From Gracilinanus agilis (Eukaryota): 64,000 nt of DNA. Below are positions 20,280 to 31,574 of the stretch, piece after piece (the first letter of the stretch is position 1; each line of letters starts with the position of its first letter). Under the pieces are notes generated by a model. It saw nothing but the letters and a program-made list of their open reading frames with translations, was not told where the DNA came from and did not search any database. Where the stretch lies: NCBI RefSeq assembly GCF_016433145.1, contig NC_058131.1, positions 553,019,296 through 553,083,295 of the forward strand. The letters run 5' to 3'. A program made the position numbers and the translations under genes.

Positions 20280-21480
20280 ACCTGAACTTGCACGCATGCG
20301 CACCAAATACTAAAGGTGAGGTCAGGGGACGAATTTTATTCACAGCAAATCTAGCCAGGGAAAGGATTTAAAGGCCAGCGTGACACCTTCAGCCAATCAG
20401 TAGGGAATGTACCAAGGAAGCAGCTATGGCCCTTATTGTCTCCACCCCAACGTATTGGACTAGCCAATCGGCTTGCTGGAAACAGGGTCAGGTGGGTCCT
20501 TCGTGCTCTGATACTACACCCCATATCAGATTTTTTTCCCCACCTCCCCCAGTGGCTCAGTAGCCAATGAGAAAACGATGGGCGTCAACAAAGGTTGCAG
20601 GTAAGGCCCTTTTCCCTGATCTACAGAGGCGTTAACCAATCAATAGGAAAATTGACGGTTGCTAGGCGACAGCTAAGCTTGGCTCCGCCCATAATTTTGA
20701 TTTTAGCCAATGAAAAGGTACAGTATTGAGAGTTGCCGCGAGACGGCTCGGGTTGACCCCACCCTAGCTTGGGCTCAGCGCATGCGCAGATTGGGGGAAG
20801 GTTCTGGAAGACATCGGAGCTGCCGCCATCTTGCGGGAAGAAGAGCAGCTCCGGCCACGGCGCCGTTTTCTCTGCCGAGACCCTGAGAAAGAGCTGGGCT
20901 CAGAGCCCTTTACACACCTCAAGGAACGGAGAAACCCGGGACCCCCCCGCGGGGACCCGGAGCTGGTGAGAGACCCCCGAAGCTGAATAATCTCCCCCCC
21001 ACCCCAGACCGAGACGTCACCCGCCCGTGACGTTGCCGCGTGGCGCCTCCCCTTGACGTCACAAGCAGACAGTGATGTCGCAAGCAGAACCACGCTAACC
21101 TTTTAATTTTTTGTTTGTTATTTTGGTTTGGAAATGGCGTTCTCGACACAGGCATAGGACATTAGTATAATTTATAGGTATCGGCCCCATCATGGCTCTC
21201 TCCTTGGTTTGACCGTAGCGTCGCGCCACCCTCTTCCCCCTCCCCCCAGGGCCCGGTGACTTTGATCTCTTCCCATAACAGAGCCCCGCAGCCATGACAC
21301 TTTGTTAGCTCCTCCTCGTTGCTGTTCTCCGGCGAGGTGGCCACAATCGATGGCCTAGCAGGACATTCATCTTCGACGTCGCTGACCGAAGGGTTAGGGT
21401 TAGGGGTTTAAGACCCACCCCCCCCTTTGTTTTTCTCCGCCCTGGATTCACGCCCCATCCCCCCAAAAGCCGCCCGGAAT
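20280..21480 (+). promoter_or_regulatory. CpG-island promoter of RBM23
   Basis: Five CCAAT boxes (20393, 20464, 20564, 20636, 20707), NRF1-type GCGCATGCGC (20778-20787), X-box-like GTTGCTAGGCGAC (20658-20670), YY1-type GCCGCCATCTTG (20822-20833) and a perfect CRE TGACGTCA (21054-21061). CpG-dense about 20750-21480. Confidence 0.8.
20817..20965 (+). other. RBM23: Non-coding exon 1 (5'UTR) of RBM23
   Basis: Ends in a good donor CTG|GTGAGA (20965/20966) and resembles the recalled human RBM23 5'UTR (GAGCTGCCGCCAT...GGGACCCGGA). The 5' end (TSS) is approximate. Confidence 0.65.
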
Positions 21481-24400
21481 TTTATTTAGTGTTGGGTTTT
21501 TTCATCTTTTCTGACCCAAAATTTCATGGCAAAAGATCCGTAGGGGTCTAGGGCTAAAGAGTGGCCACAAGGAGATAGATGGGATGTCTCTGTGGTGGAG
21601 ATTACTGAGGGAAAATGTAGTCGCTGAGATTGATGACTTGGCTCAGGCCGCACTTGAACTTAACAATGGCGGAAGGAGGCCTTGCCATTGATTTTTTTTT
21701 ATGTCATTCTTATTGTTCAAATTGTTATTAAGCTCCCTTAAGTATGGATGTTTGGACTCTACCGAATGACCGGAGCCAAAGATTGTTTCCTTCCCCTCCC
21801 CCACCCCCAGTCACCCCTGGGATTCCAGCTTGTGGTGAATCCTGGGTGAATTAGGCTGACAGTGATCCTCAGCTCTCATCTGCCTCTTCAACACTGGGGC
21901 TTGGCAGCTTGTTTGAGTGCTGCCTGTGAGCAGGCCATCTGGGCAAAAATCCAGTACCCTGGTAGCTATGGAGCCTCCTTTCTCCTATTTTTCTCTAGAG
22001 AAGGAGTGTGGGGAAGCCAGCCTTTGGATGAGGCCTCTCTTGTGGTGATCTCTGTGTGGTGGGGTGGGGATGAGTACTTGGAAAATTTCCAACCTGACTG
22101 TAGGTTGTATGCAGATTGCAAAGCAGCTTTCAGGACAGATACAACTCTGGAACCTAATCATTTAGATTGGAAGATTTCACAAAAGTTGTATTCATCTTAT
22201 AAGAGTGCACACAGATTCATTCATCCATTCATTTTTTTTGACTTGAGAGCAAGTGAAAACTTTTCCTTGGCTGAGTGATTTAGGTCCAAAGGGTTGCCCA
22301 TTTAAGGTTTTTTTTGGGGGGGGGGCAAAGTTTCTCACTATCCTATACTGTGTATGAACAAAGCACTCTTAGAGTCAGAATTATTTGGGGAGCAAAAATA
22401 ACCAGTAAAGCAGCAAAGGAAGTTTGTGAAACATGAGCCTGTTAACTGAAATTTACGATAATGTTTTCACAAGCAAAAAGCTTTTTCTAGTTTCTAGACT
22501 TATTTTCTGAGTTCTAACAGTGGACTAAATAATATATAGTGTACAGCATGATTCCTGCTCTTAAAGCACATTTTATATACTATAGAAAACCAAAAAGCAT
22601 AGGTGAAAGATGCAATCCATCATAAAGTAATGCAACTAATCCTTAGGTATATGTTAAAGAAAGGAAAACTATCAGAATGCAAGTTGTCTTTTAGAGAAGT
22701 TATTTTTATCTACATTTTATTATTCCACTGTGCCTACCATAGTGTTATAGAGAACAGTTAAAAGATGTTTGTTTTATGTATGTATATTATGGGTATACAT
22801 ATTATTACATGTAATATAATATGTATATTATACACACACATATTGTCCAAAATATTTTTGGAACTCTTGGAATTTTCTTAATGGCTAGTTTATAAGCCTC
22901 ACAGTAAAATTCCACTTGAATTTAGATCACCATTTAATAGTTATGGAAGCTAGGCAAGTTTTGACTTCTCTGGACTTTAGTTTCTTCATTTGTAACATGG
23001 GGGACAAGCCTGTACCCTAGTATAGTTTAGGACATTGTTGCTTGTAAAGATCATTTCAGATTTGTGTAAATATATTAAATTTTTTTTAATGTATGTAAAT
23101 ACAAGGAGTTGATATTAGTATAATAGGAATGTGTTAATAGTTTTTAGCCATATCTTATTTTGTATTCAGTGGTATCAAATCACCAAATTTGGCTCCAAAT
23201 GAATTTTGACTGATTTTTAAGAATCAGTTCCTCCATGGTTTTTTAAAGTCTTAAAGGTAGAAGCAATCACACCTATCTTATTCACAGACCTTTTTCCTCA
23301 TTTTTTGTTGAGTTATAAAAGATGATAGTGTGTAGAAAATGTTCATTGAAAGACCTCCTGGTCACTGGTAAAACTCAAAACACTATCTCTTGACAATATT
23401 TAAAATACTGTGATACAGGCTCTGAAATCAGTCTCAAAAGATAAATTCCAAAATATTTTGAGTAATAATGATTGTCTAAAGGTTATTTTATATATATATA
23501 TTTAGGCTTTCAGGTAATTTCTTTTAAAAGATTTAGATAAGTACTCATGTTTGGCAAAAAACAGACCATGTTGTATATTTATAACTAATACAAATTTGAT
23601 CATCTGGACATAATTTTAGCCTCTTGTTTTTGTTTAGTACCTTTCTATTCTCATTTGGCAATCCTGATATGGATGTCCAGGCAAAAGACTTTTGTTAAGA
23701 CGTGGAAGCTTGGTGGGAAGTAAAAATTTTTATCCTACCCATCTAGTCTCCAAAGCAAGGGAAGGAGTTATACTAACTGTTTTTATCAAAAGATTTTTTT
23801 CTTTATTATCATTTTGATGTATAAAGGCAGCTTGGATAGAGAAATGGCTTCAGATCCAGACAGCTTTAGTTCAAGTCCTGATGTGCGCACGTGTGTGCAT
23901 GAATGCATGTATGTGTGTTAGCTATATGACCCTGGACAAGTTACTTCTTGGTTCCCAGAGCAACTCTTAATACTGTAAGTTGCAGAGAAATTATTGACCT
24001 ACATTTGTAGATACAGTTTCCTTATCATGGGGTCAACTATGCCAATGAAATCATAAGCCTAGCCCCTATTCCTCTCTTTGTTAAGTTACCTAAATTCCCT
24101 TTAATCATAGTTAGAAAATATTTATTGATAAACCCCTATTAATTGGTATCATGAATCCAGGCATGTGGGAGGGACATGAAGAAATCTCCATGTTTCTCAT
24201 TTTACTTTTTTATTTCCTGAATTTGGGGCCATATTAGCATTTTCTTGTTTTATTTCCAAGTTTGAAAATATATGTTAACTAAAGTGTTCCAACTTGGACT
24301 AGACAGTTATTCAAGACTTTGGACAGCAAGAAAAAGACAACCCTTTGTAAAGTGAAGTTTTGACAAAAGATATACTATATTCACAAGGGTGGTATTTATA

Positions 24401-24706
24401 ACATTTCTTTGAGCTTGTGCTTATTAAGATTTTAGTCTTCTAAGAAAGCTCTAAGTTTCTTTCTAGACCATAGACTAATTATCCAGCTAACTCCTTATCC
24501 AAGCAACAGATCAGAATTAATTGTGATTTTTAGACAGCAGAACTAGATTCAGGGTAAGTGACAGACAGTTCCCTAAGAAACAGAACTGTAGCATCCCAAG
24601 ATCTGTCTCTGTGATGGCAAGGGGAGGGGATTGGAATGGTTCTGCTAGATGGGTTTGGCCCACATCAGCCTCATCTGCCTCTCTTTCCTCCTTAGACTGT
24701 GACACG

Positions 24707-27700
24707 ATGGCGTCAGATGATTTTGACATAGTGATTGAAGCTATGCTGGAAGCCCCCTACAAGAAGGAAGAGGTAATGTCCTTGTGCTCCAGGCTTTTCA
24801 TTTAGACCTCTCTCTTTCAAGTGGACATAAGCTGGGTCTTAAGGAATAAGAATAGTCAGTTGTAGGTGAAGTCCTTCAATGACACCGTCCCTTTATTCTT
24901 TCTTACTTGTGGTCTCAGGTTGTTTTTGAAAAGGGTGGAAGTAGATGCTATCTCTTTTAGCACACACAGTTGTGACCATGGGACCCATGCAAGAAAGGGC
25001 AGTGGACCCCAATAGCTACAGCTCTTGTTTCTCATTACTAAGAAGCAAATGGCTTTGGAAAAACCAAGTAGAAAGATGCCTACCCAATTTCTAAAGTCAA
25101 ATCCTGACTCTTTATGAGACTTGAGTGTGGTTCCTTTTCTCTATTTTATGCCTCATTGATTAGTGAAATTATTTCCAAAGAGATGATTAGAGAACTTGAT
25201 CTCATGGGGTTTTCTTCCTTGTTCGCCTCTATCCTTTTGTCCATTGGAATTTGTGTGTTTGGTGCCTGGACCCTTGGGACATTCCTCTGGCGAACCCCCC
25301 AGGATGAGCAGCAAAGGAAGGAGGTGAAAAAGGATAGCCCAAGCAATACCAGCACCAGCACCAGCACTAGCACCAGCACCAGCAGCACTAGCAACAGTGG
25401 AGGAGGTGGCACCAGTGGAAGCAGCACCAGTGGGGAGACAAGCAAGTGAGTATGGGTTGGAGAAAACTGCTTAAGTGTTTTTTGGTGGGGGTGGGTTTAG
25501 GAGTATGGGAGGAGAAAATAAATAGCTTTTTTCAAGTTGAGGAGACAGCCAGACCAGGGAGGTGGTACCCCTAGTTGCTGTTAAGATTGCTTGACTCTTT
25601 TGGTTCCAGTTATGGTCCTGTTGGGTCATAGGAATAATGGTGACCTGGCTCAAGCCTTCACTTCCCAATGTGGACTCACAGGTCAGTCCTAGTGTGAGCA
25701 CATTTTATTTGTATATAACAGCGAGATGATTCCACATTTGGGACCACAGGCTTTTGGTCTTGAAAAGTGCCTCATCCAGTTCCCCAGCACTATAATTTAG
25801 ATATATAACATGGTGTTGCACAAGTACTGTGCACTTCTGCCAGATCTCTTCACAGATCTTCATCTTATTAATGCCTTCTGTTTCTCCGTTGTGTTACTTT
25901 GGAACTTGTTACTTTAAAGGAAAGGGATGGGTGAAGGTCCTGACTTCTGTGGAAGGCTTTAAGGCTCTGTCTTTCACAGGAAGAAGAGGAGCCGCAGCCA
26001 TAGCAGAAGCAAGGATCGGAAACGCAGGTAAATAAGGGCAATATTGGCTTTTAAGAGGGATTGTTGGGACAGGATGATCATGCTGATACATAAAAGGTTA
26101 GTAGAAAGATATGTTGTTAATTTAGTTGTTGTCATCACTGTAGCCGTAGCCGAGACCGGGACCGACACAGGCGGAGAAATAGCCGGAGCCGGAGCCGGGA
26201 TCGTCAGAGGCGTCACCGAAGCCGGAGCCGGGATCGCCGACGCAGCAGCAAGTCACGCAGCCGGGATCGCAGGCGTGAGGAGCGTGTACGCTACAGGAGC
26301 CCACCCCTTGCCACTGGGTACATGCTTTTGCTATGGAGTTGATTATTTAATAGTTGCAATATTTAGGGATGTGGATAAGATGTCTACTGTACCACTGCTT
26401 CTTGTGGGTAACCCAGGATTAGTAGGTCCACTTACCATTGGAGATTAATGTTAAAAACAGCTGGAATCTCCATACAGATTAGGAAACTAATCTCCAGACC
26501 AACATAGATATGAAGTCTCATGTGTTTCTATGGAATAGTTCTCTTACTGCTTTTGTTTCTTTCAATAACTCTAGGCGCAGGTATGGACACAGCAAGAGCC
26601 CCCATTACAGAGAGAAGAGTCCTGTACGGTAAGTTGAAGGATTCATGATATCCAGAGGCTGTTTCTATAATACCTTCCATAGTGAATGAACCTCCTTAAG
26701 GGGAGCAGGAATTGGGGAGATAGGAATCTTCCTAACCCTTGTTTTTTCTACAGGGAGCCTATTGACAATCTGAGTCCAGAGGAGCGTGATGCTCGCACAG
26801 TCTTCTGCATGCAGCTGGCTGCCCGCATTCGACCCCGAGATCTAGAGGATTTTTTTTCTGCTGTTGGCAAGGTAAACTGTTTATTGTCTCCTGCTTCTCT
26901 TGGTATCAGTCTTTCCAAGGACAGGATCAACTTTCTATTTCTTGTATACTCATTCTAACACTCAGAATATTATAAAGAATAAAATGTTGGACTTGGTATC
27001 AGGAAGACCTTAGTTTAAATCCCAACACTGACACTGGCCACGTAACTCTGGGAAGGTTACTTAACATGTTTGAATTTCAGTTTCCTCCTCTGTAAAATGA
27101 GGGAGTCAGATTAAATTGCTCTTTTGGCTCTTAGGATCTATGGCTCTATGTTCTTCCTTATCTTATACAGGTACGTGATGTGCGTATCATCTCAGACCGG
27201 AACTCACGTCGCTCTAAGGGCATTGCTTATGTGGAGTTCTGTGAGATCCAGTCAGTGCCACTAGCGATTGGGCTAACAGGGCAGCGGCTGCTGGGTGTCC
27301 CCATCATTGTTCAGGCCTCCCAGGTGAGTATGCTATAGGTAATAAAAATTGGGGTAATTGGGATAATATAGGGAACAGGCTTTTCTGCGGAGTGATCCTC
27401 TTACCATTTTTCTTTTCCAGGCTGAGAAAAACCGCTTGGCAGCCATGGCCAATAACTTGCAGAAGGGGAGTGGTGGTCCTATGCGGCTCTATGTTGGCTC
27501 CCTACACTTCAATATCACTGAGGACATGTTACGGGGGATCTTTGAGCCTTTTGGCAAAGTATGTACCATTTGGGGACACTTAAAGAACAGTGATGGAAAA
27601 GATGAGGAAGGAGCCAGTGCTTTCCAGACGCAATTAGTTAGAGGGGGAAGTAGTAGACCCTTATCTCTGATTTTAAAGGATAGAGGGTTGTGGTTAGGAA

Positions 27701-30448
27701 GGAGGAAGAAGTTTTCTCAAATTGTAAAAACAGATTGAATTGGAGAGACCAGTGCATAGCAAAGAAAGCCTGGACATTTTCTAATTTTTTTTAATTATTT
27801 TTGTATCACAGATTGATAACATTGTCCTGATGAAGGACCCAGATACAGGCCGCTCTAAAGGCTTTGGATTCTTAACCGTGAGTAGCACTATTTGTCTCAT
27901 TTCTCTGAAATTGAGTTTGTTTCCTTCTCAGTTTTTTATAGCTTAGCTTCATCATACTCCTGTTTTAGAAATGGCAAATGGTTTGTTGATACTGTTGCTT
28001 AATTTTAGCATTCTGTTTGTGTTTAGACTGTATCAGTGGCCTTGATGTGATATATATCCTGGAGTCTGGTTAGCGTCATTGTTTTATTGATCTTGCTAGT
28101 TCGTTAATAGTGAGGCAGTGCAGTGGCTATTAGTTGGGAATACCTGAGTTCAAACTTTCCTCAGACATTTACTTGTCATGTAGACCAAGAAAAAGTCTTT
28201 TAAGCTTTGTTCGCTTTAATTTCCTCATCTGTAAAATGGAGATAATATCACTTACCTGCTAGGGTTATTTGTGAGGACCAAGTGAGGTAATAAAAATGTA
28301 AAGTGCTTTGCAAACCTTATATAATAAGTACCATATAAATGTTGGCTGTTAGAAGAGATTTTAGGCTGCTTCTTTATAAAAATTGGAAGTCGGGTGAGAG
28401 CAGTGCTTTTATGGACCAATGTTGTGGAAATTTTATGGTGGGTAATTAGGAGGCAGAGTTGGGAACAGTGAGGCTATACCTGGACTAATGCCTCCAAGGG
28501 AAGCTACAGTTCCTTGATTAAGAGAAATAAGGGTTTGTGACAAGGTGCAGCACAGGAACAGAAGTAAGGCCACCTGGCAGTTGTCCTTTCTTATCTATCA
28601 GCCAAACTACTCCTACTTTTAGTCTCTGATTCCCCTATATAGCTTCAGGGTACTGATGGGTTGCCCACCATTAAATGATGGTTTTCTTGGTTAGGCTGTG
28701 CAACTGCCCCCAAGGTAGATGGTGAAGTTTTGTTGTGCTATGGGAATCATTCATTCATTTTAAGACATAGGCCAAAATTAGAGACCAAGTTGCTGTCCCC
28801 ACTTTCTAAGGACTTGGAGTCCCACATGCCTTAAGGGCAGGTAATATAGAAATTTAAAAAACAAACTCCAACACTTCACCTCAGCTCTGGTTTTGGAGAT
28901 TCCAGTATAAAGACTATAGTAGGTGCCTTTTTCAGTTTCCTAGATGACTCAAGTAGGGTGGCTTCTTTGGGACTTTTGTCCTTAAATTACTGCCTGTTGG
29001 GTCAGTAGCCTTCTAAACAGCTCAAACAAGCAGTGCTTGCTTGTAATCTGGTTATTATAATTACTTCTGTCCAGGGAGGAAAAGAGAGAGGTGTCTTAGT
29101 CAACATAACAGTGAGTCATAAAAACTAGTATCAGGAGTTCCAGTTCTGTTGTTACTCCTAGATTGTGGTCCTTGATAGAGCATATCACTCCAGAACTTAG
29201 CTTCTTGGTAGCCCCAGAGGACTATTTCTTTGAGCCTCTAAACTTCATTCTTGGAAAGAGCTAAATAGGAACCTAAAATCTTGGATCCTTTCCTTTCTTA
29301 CCCTCCATTTTTTATTGGTTGTTTTCCATGTAAAACAGGGGTTCTTAACCAGGGGCATGTGACCTCCTTGTTTTTAAAATATTTTAATAATTATTTCAAT
29401 ATGATTGGTTTTCTTATTTCAGTATTATAATTATAATATGCTATATGTTTTCTGTATTTAAAACTAATATACTGAGAAAGGTTTCTATAGACTTCACAGA
29501 CTGCCCCAGGGGATACAAAACAAAGCAAAAAAGTTTAAGGATGCCTGATCTACAGTAATGGCAGATCAAGTTTCATAGGAATGGTACTCCTTGTTTGTGG
29601 CTGAGATTATTGGATAAAGGTCTCTTGAATGGGAAAGGGGTCTTTGAAGTGTCAAGTCTCTTGGGAAAGGAAAATATATAGAGGCCCAAGTGAAACTTCT
29701 AGAATGGTGGAGGTCACATTGGTAGGGGGTAGTCCGCGGGTTCAGATCTGTGGCCAGGAGTTTACTGACACTGTCTTGGTGGTCCCTGCAGTTTTCTGAC
29801 TCAGAGTGTGCTCGGCGGGCATTGGAACAATTGAATGGCTTTGAGCTTGCAGGGCGACCTATGAGGGTGGGTCATGTGACTGAGCGACTGGACGGTGGCA
29901 CAGATATTACCTTCCCTGATGGTGGTGAGGAGCTGGACCTGGGTACCGCTGGCGGGCGGCTGCAGCTCATGGCCAAGTTGGCTGAGGGTGAGTACTACTC
30001 TGGGATGGAGAATACGGGAATAAACTTTTAACCCAAGATTTTGGACTCGTTGCTACATTCTTTACCCCTTTAGGCTCTGGTATTCAGCTCCCAACCACAG
30101 CTGCTGCTGCTCAAGCTGCTGCCCTGCAACTGAATGGAGCTGTTCCCTTGGGAGCCCTGAACCCTGCAGCCCTGACTGGTGAGTATCAATTGTGTAGGGA
30201 AAGAAGCAGGATGAAGGAGAGCCTGGTAGTGCACTGACTTGGCTCTCTTATTTCTCTCCCCAGCTCTTAGTCCAGCCCTGAATCTCGCCTCCCAGGCCAT
30301 TGCCTCACAGTGTTTCCAGCTCTCCAGCCTCTTTACCCCCCAGACTATGTAAGTTCCAGAGTTCTATTTTTTTTTTTTTTTTTAAGCCTTTCCTATTCTT
30401 TTTCTTTGGTCAGTAGTTCAGCTCTCTTCTTCATCTTCCTACAGGTAA
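24707..30448 (+). CDS. RBM23: RNA-binding motif protein 23 (CAPERbeta; RS domain + 2 RRMs), 449 aa, 13 coding exons
   Basis: Exons: 24707-24772, 25303-25445, 25980-26027, 26144-26317, 26575-26628, 26754-26871, 27171-27323, 27421-27558, 27812-27877, 29792-29987, 30074-30178, 30264-30348, 30445-30448. All GT-AG, 1350 nt. Starts MASDDFDIVIEAMLEAPYKKEE, then an RS/RD-rich domain, RRM1 (RTVFCMQL...KGIAYVEF) and RRM2 (RLYVGSLHFNITEDMLRGIFEPFG...KGFGFLTF). Ends CFQLSSLFTPQTM* with no UHM, which distinguishes it from RBM39. Confidence 0.97.
28105..28345 (+). mobile_element. MIR in RBM23 intron 10
   Basis: CCTGAGTTCAAA, TTTCCTCATCTGTAAAATGGAGATAAT and AAAGTGCTTTGCAAACC core motifs. Confidence 0.75.
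29336..29547. mobile_element. Non-autonomous hAT (Charlie-type) DNA transposon
   Basis: Termini CAGGGGTTCTTAAC / TTTAAGGATGCCTG and 8-bp flanks with central TA. A related copy lies at about 60873-61041. Confidence 0.6.
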
Positions 30449-31568
30449 GAGCCCAGTGCTGCTTCCCGGTGCCTCTGGGTTCCGCCACCTCCTTTCTCCG
30501 TGTCTGCCCCTCCACAACCCCCTTCTCCCCACTGCCACGGACCACGACAGCCTGCGGGCACGGACATTGGCTCTGGGGCGATTGGGGACAATACTGGACA
30601 CCAGGAAGAGCAGCTGCTCCATGGCCCCACTGGGGACGGACTCTGTGCTGAGCAAAGCCCCCGGCCTGGGGGAGCAGAATCTGTACATACATCGAATACA
30701 AGTGTCTCTCTGTGTATCGTCTCCCTGGGTGCCCTTCATTGCCCTTTCCCCATCTATCAACCTCTTTTCCTCTGCTCGTCCCCCATTCTGGGGGGTGTGG
30801 GGGCCACAAATGAAGGTGCCACCCTTCTCTTTTCCCCTTCCCCTCCCCCTTGGCCTACCTTAGGACCTCTGGGTGAAGAAGCCTTTTGAGTTTTGGGGGA
30901 AACCTTGTTAGATGCTGGGATGCAAACACATGGGCCTGGCAGATGGAGGTGGACACATATACCTTGTGAAGCCTATAACCTCAGCTTGGTGCAACCTGAG
31001 GCCGGGACTGCTGTAGGCTCAGCGTCTTGCTGGGTGGTACATGAGACATCTACCCATCTAGACATTCTGGATGCCTTGGGGGCCCCCTAGGAGTTGAGTG
31101 AAATATGGGGTGCCTTTCCCATGCCCTCCATCTTCCTGTGTACAGCTCCTCTCCCTTCTAGTCCATCTTCATCTCTTTGGCCCAGGCAGGGAGGAGGGAG
31201 GGGAGTGAGTACAACCATTCCCCTCCCCTTTTCCTGTGCCTCCACAGCTGGCACTGCCCCCATCTATGCCACTTCTTCCTACTCCAACCCTGGCTCACTT
31301 GAGCCCTTTTCACTGGATTTTATACCCCTGTGTCTGTGTATATAAATATATATAAACTTTGTACAAAGGGCAGCCCCTCAGTAGCGGCAGCTGCTGCCCG
31401 CACGTCTGCTGTCTCTGTTGGTTGGTCTGTCTGTCTCTGATTTTAACTTCTCACGAGCCAAATCCACGGACGGTTCTAGGGATAAAAGTTTGTAACGCAA
31501 TTGCGTTTTTTCTTTTTTTTTTTTTCTTTTTTCCTTTTTCTTTTTTTTTCTTTGGCTTTCTCTAAAGA

Positions 31569-31574
31569 AATAAA
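31569..31574 (+). promoter_or_regulatory. Candidate polyadenylation signal AATAAA of RBM23 (alternative ATTAAA at 31693-31698)
   Basis: AATAAA about 1.1 kb after the stop, just after a long U-rich tract (about 31508-31552). Confidence 0.55.

Noticed and set aside
21390-21406. Telomere-like GGGTTAGGGTTAGGGG
   Set aside because: Only two TTAGGG units and three G-tracts: too short for an interstitial telomere or a canonical G4.
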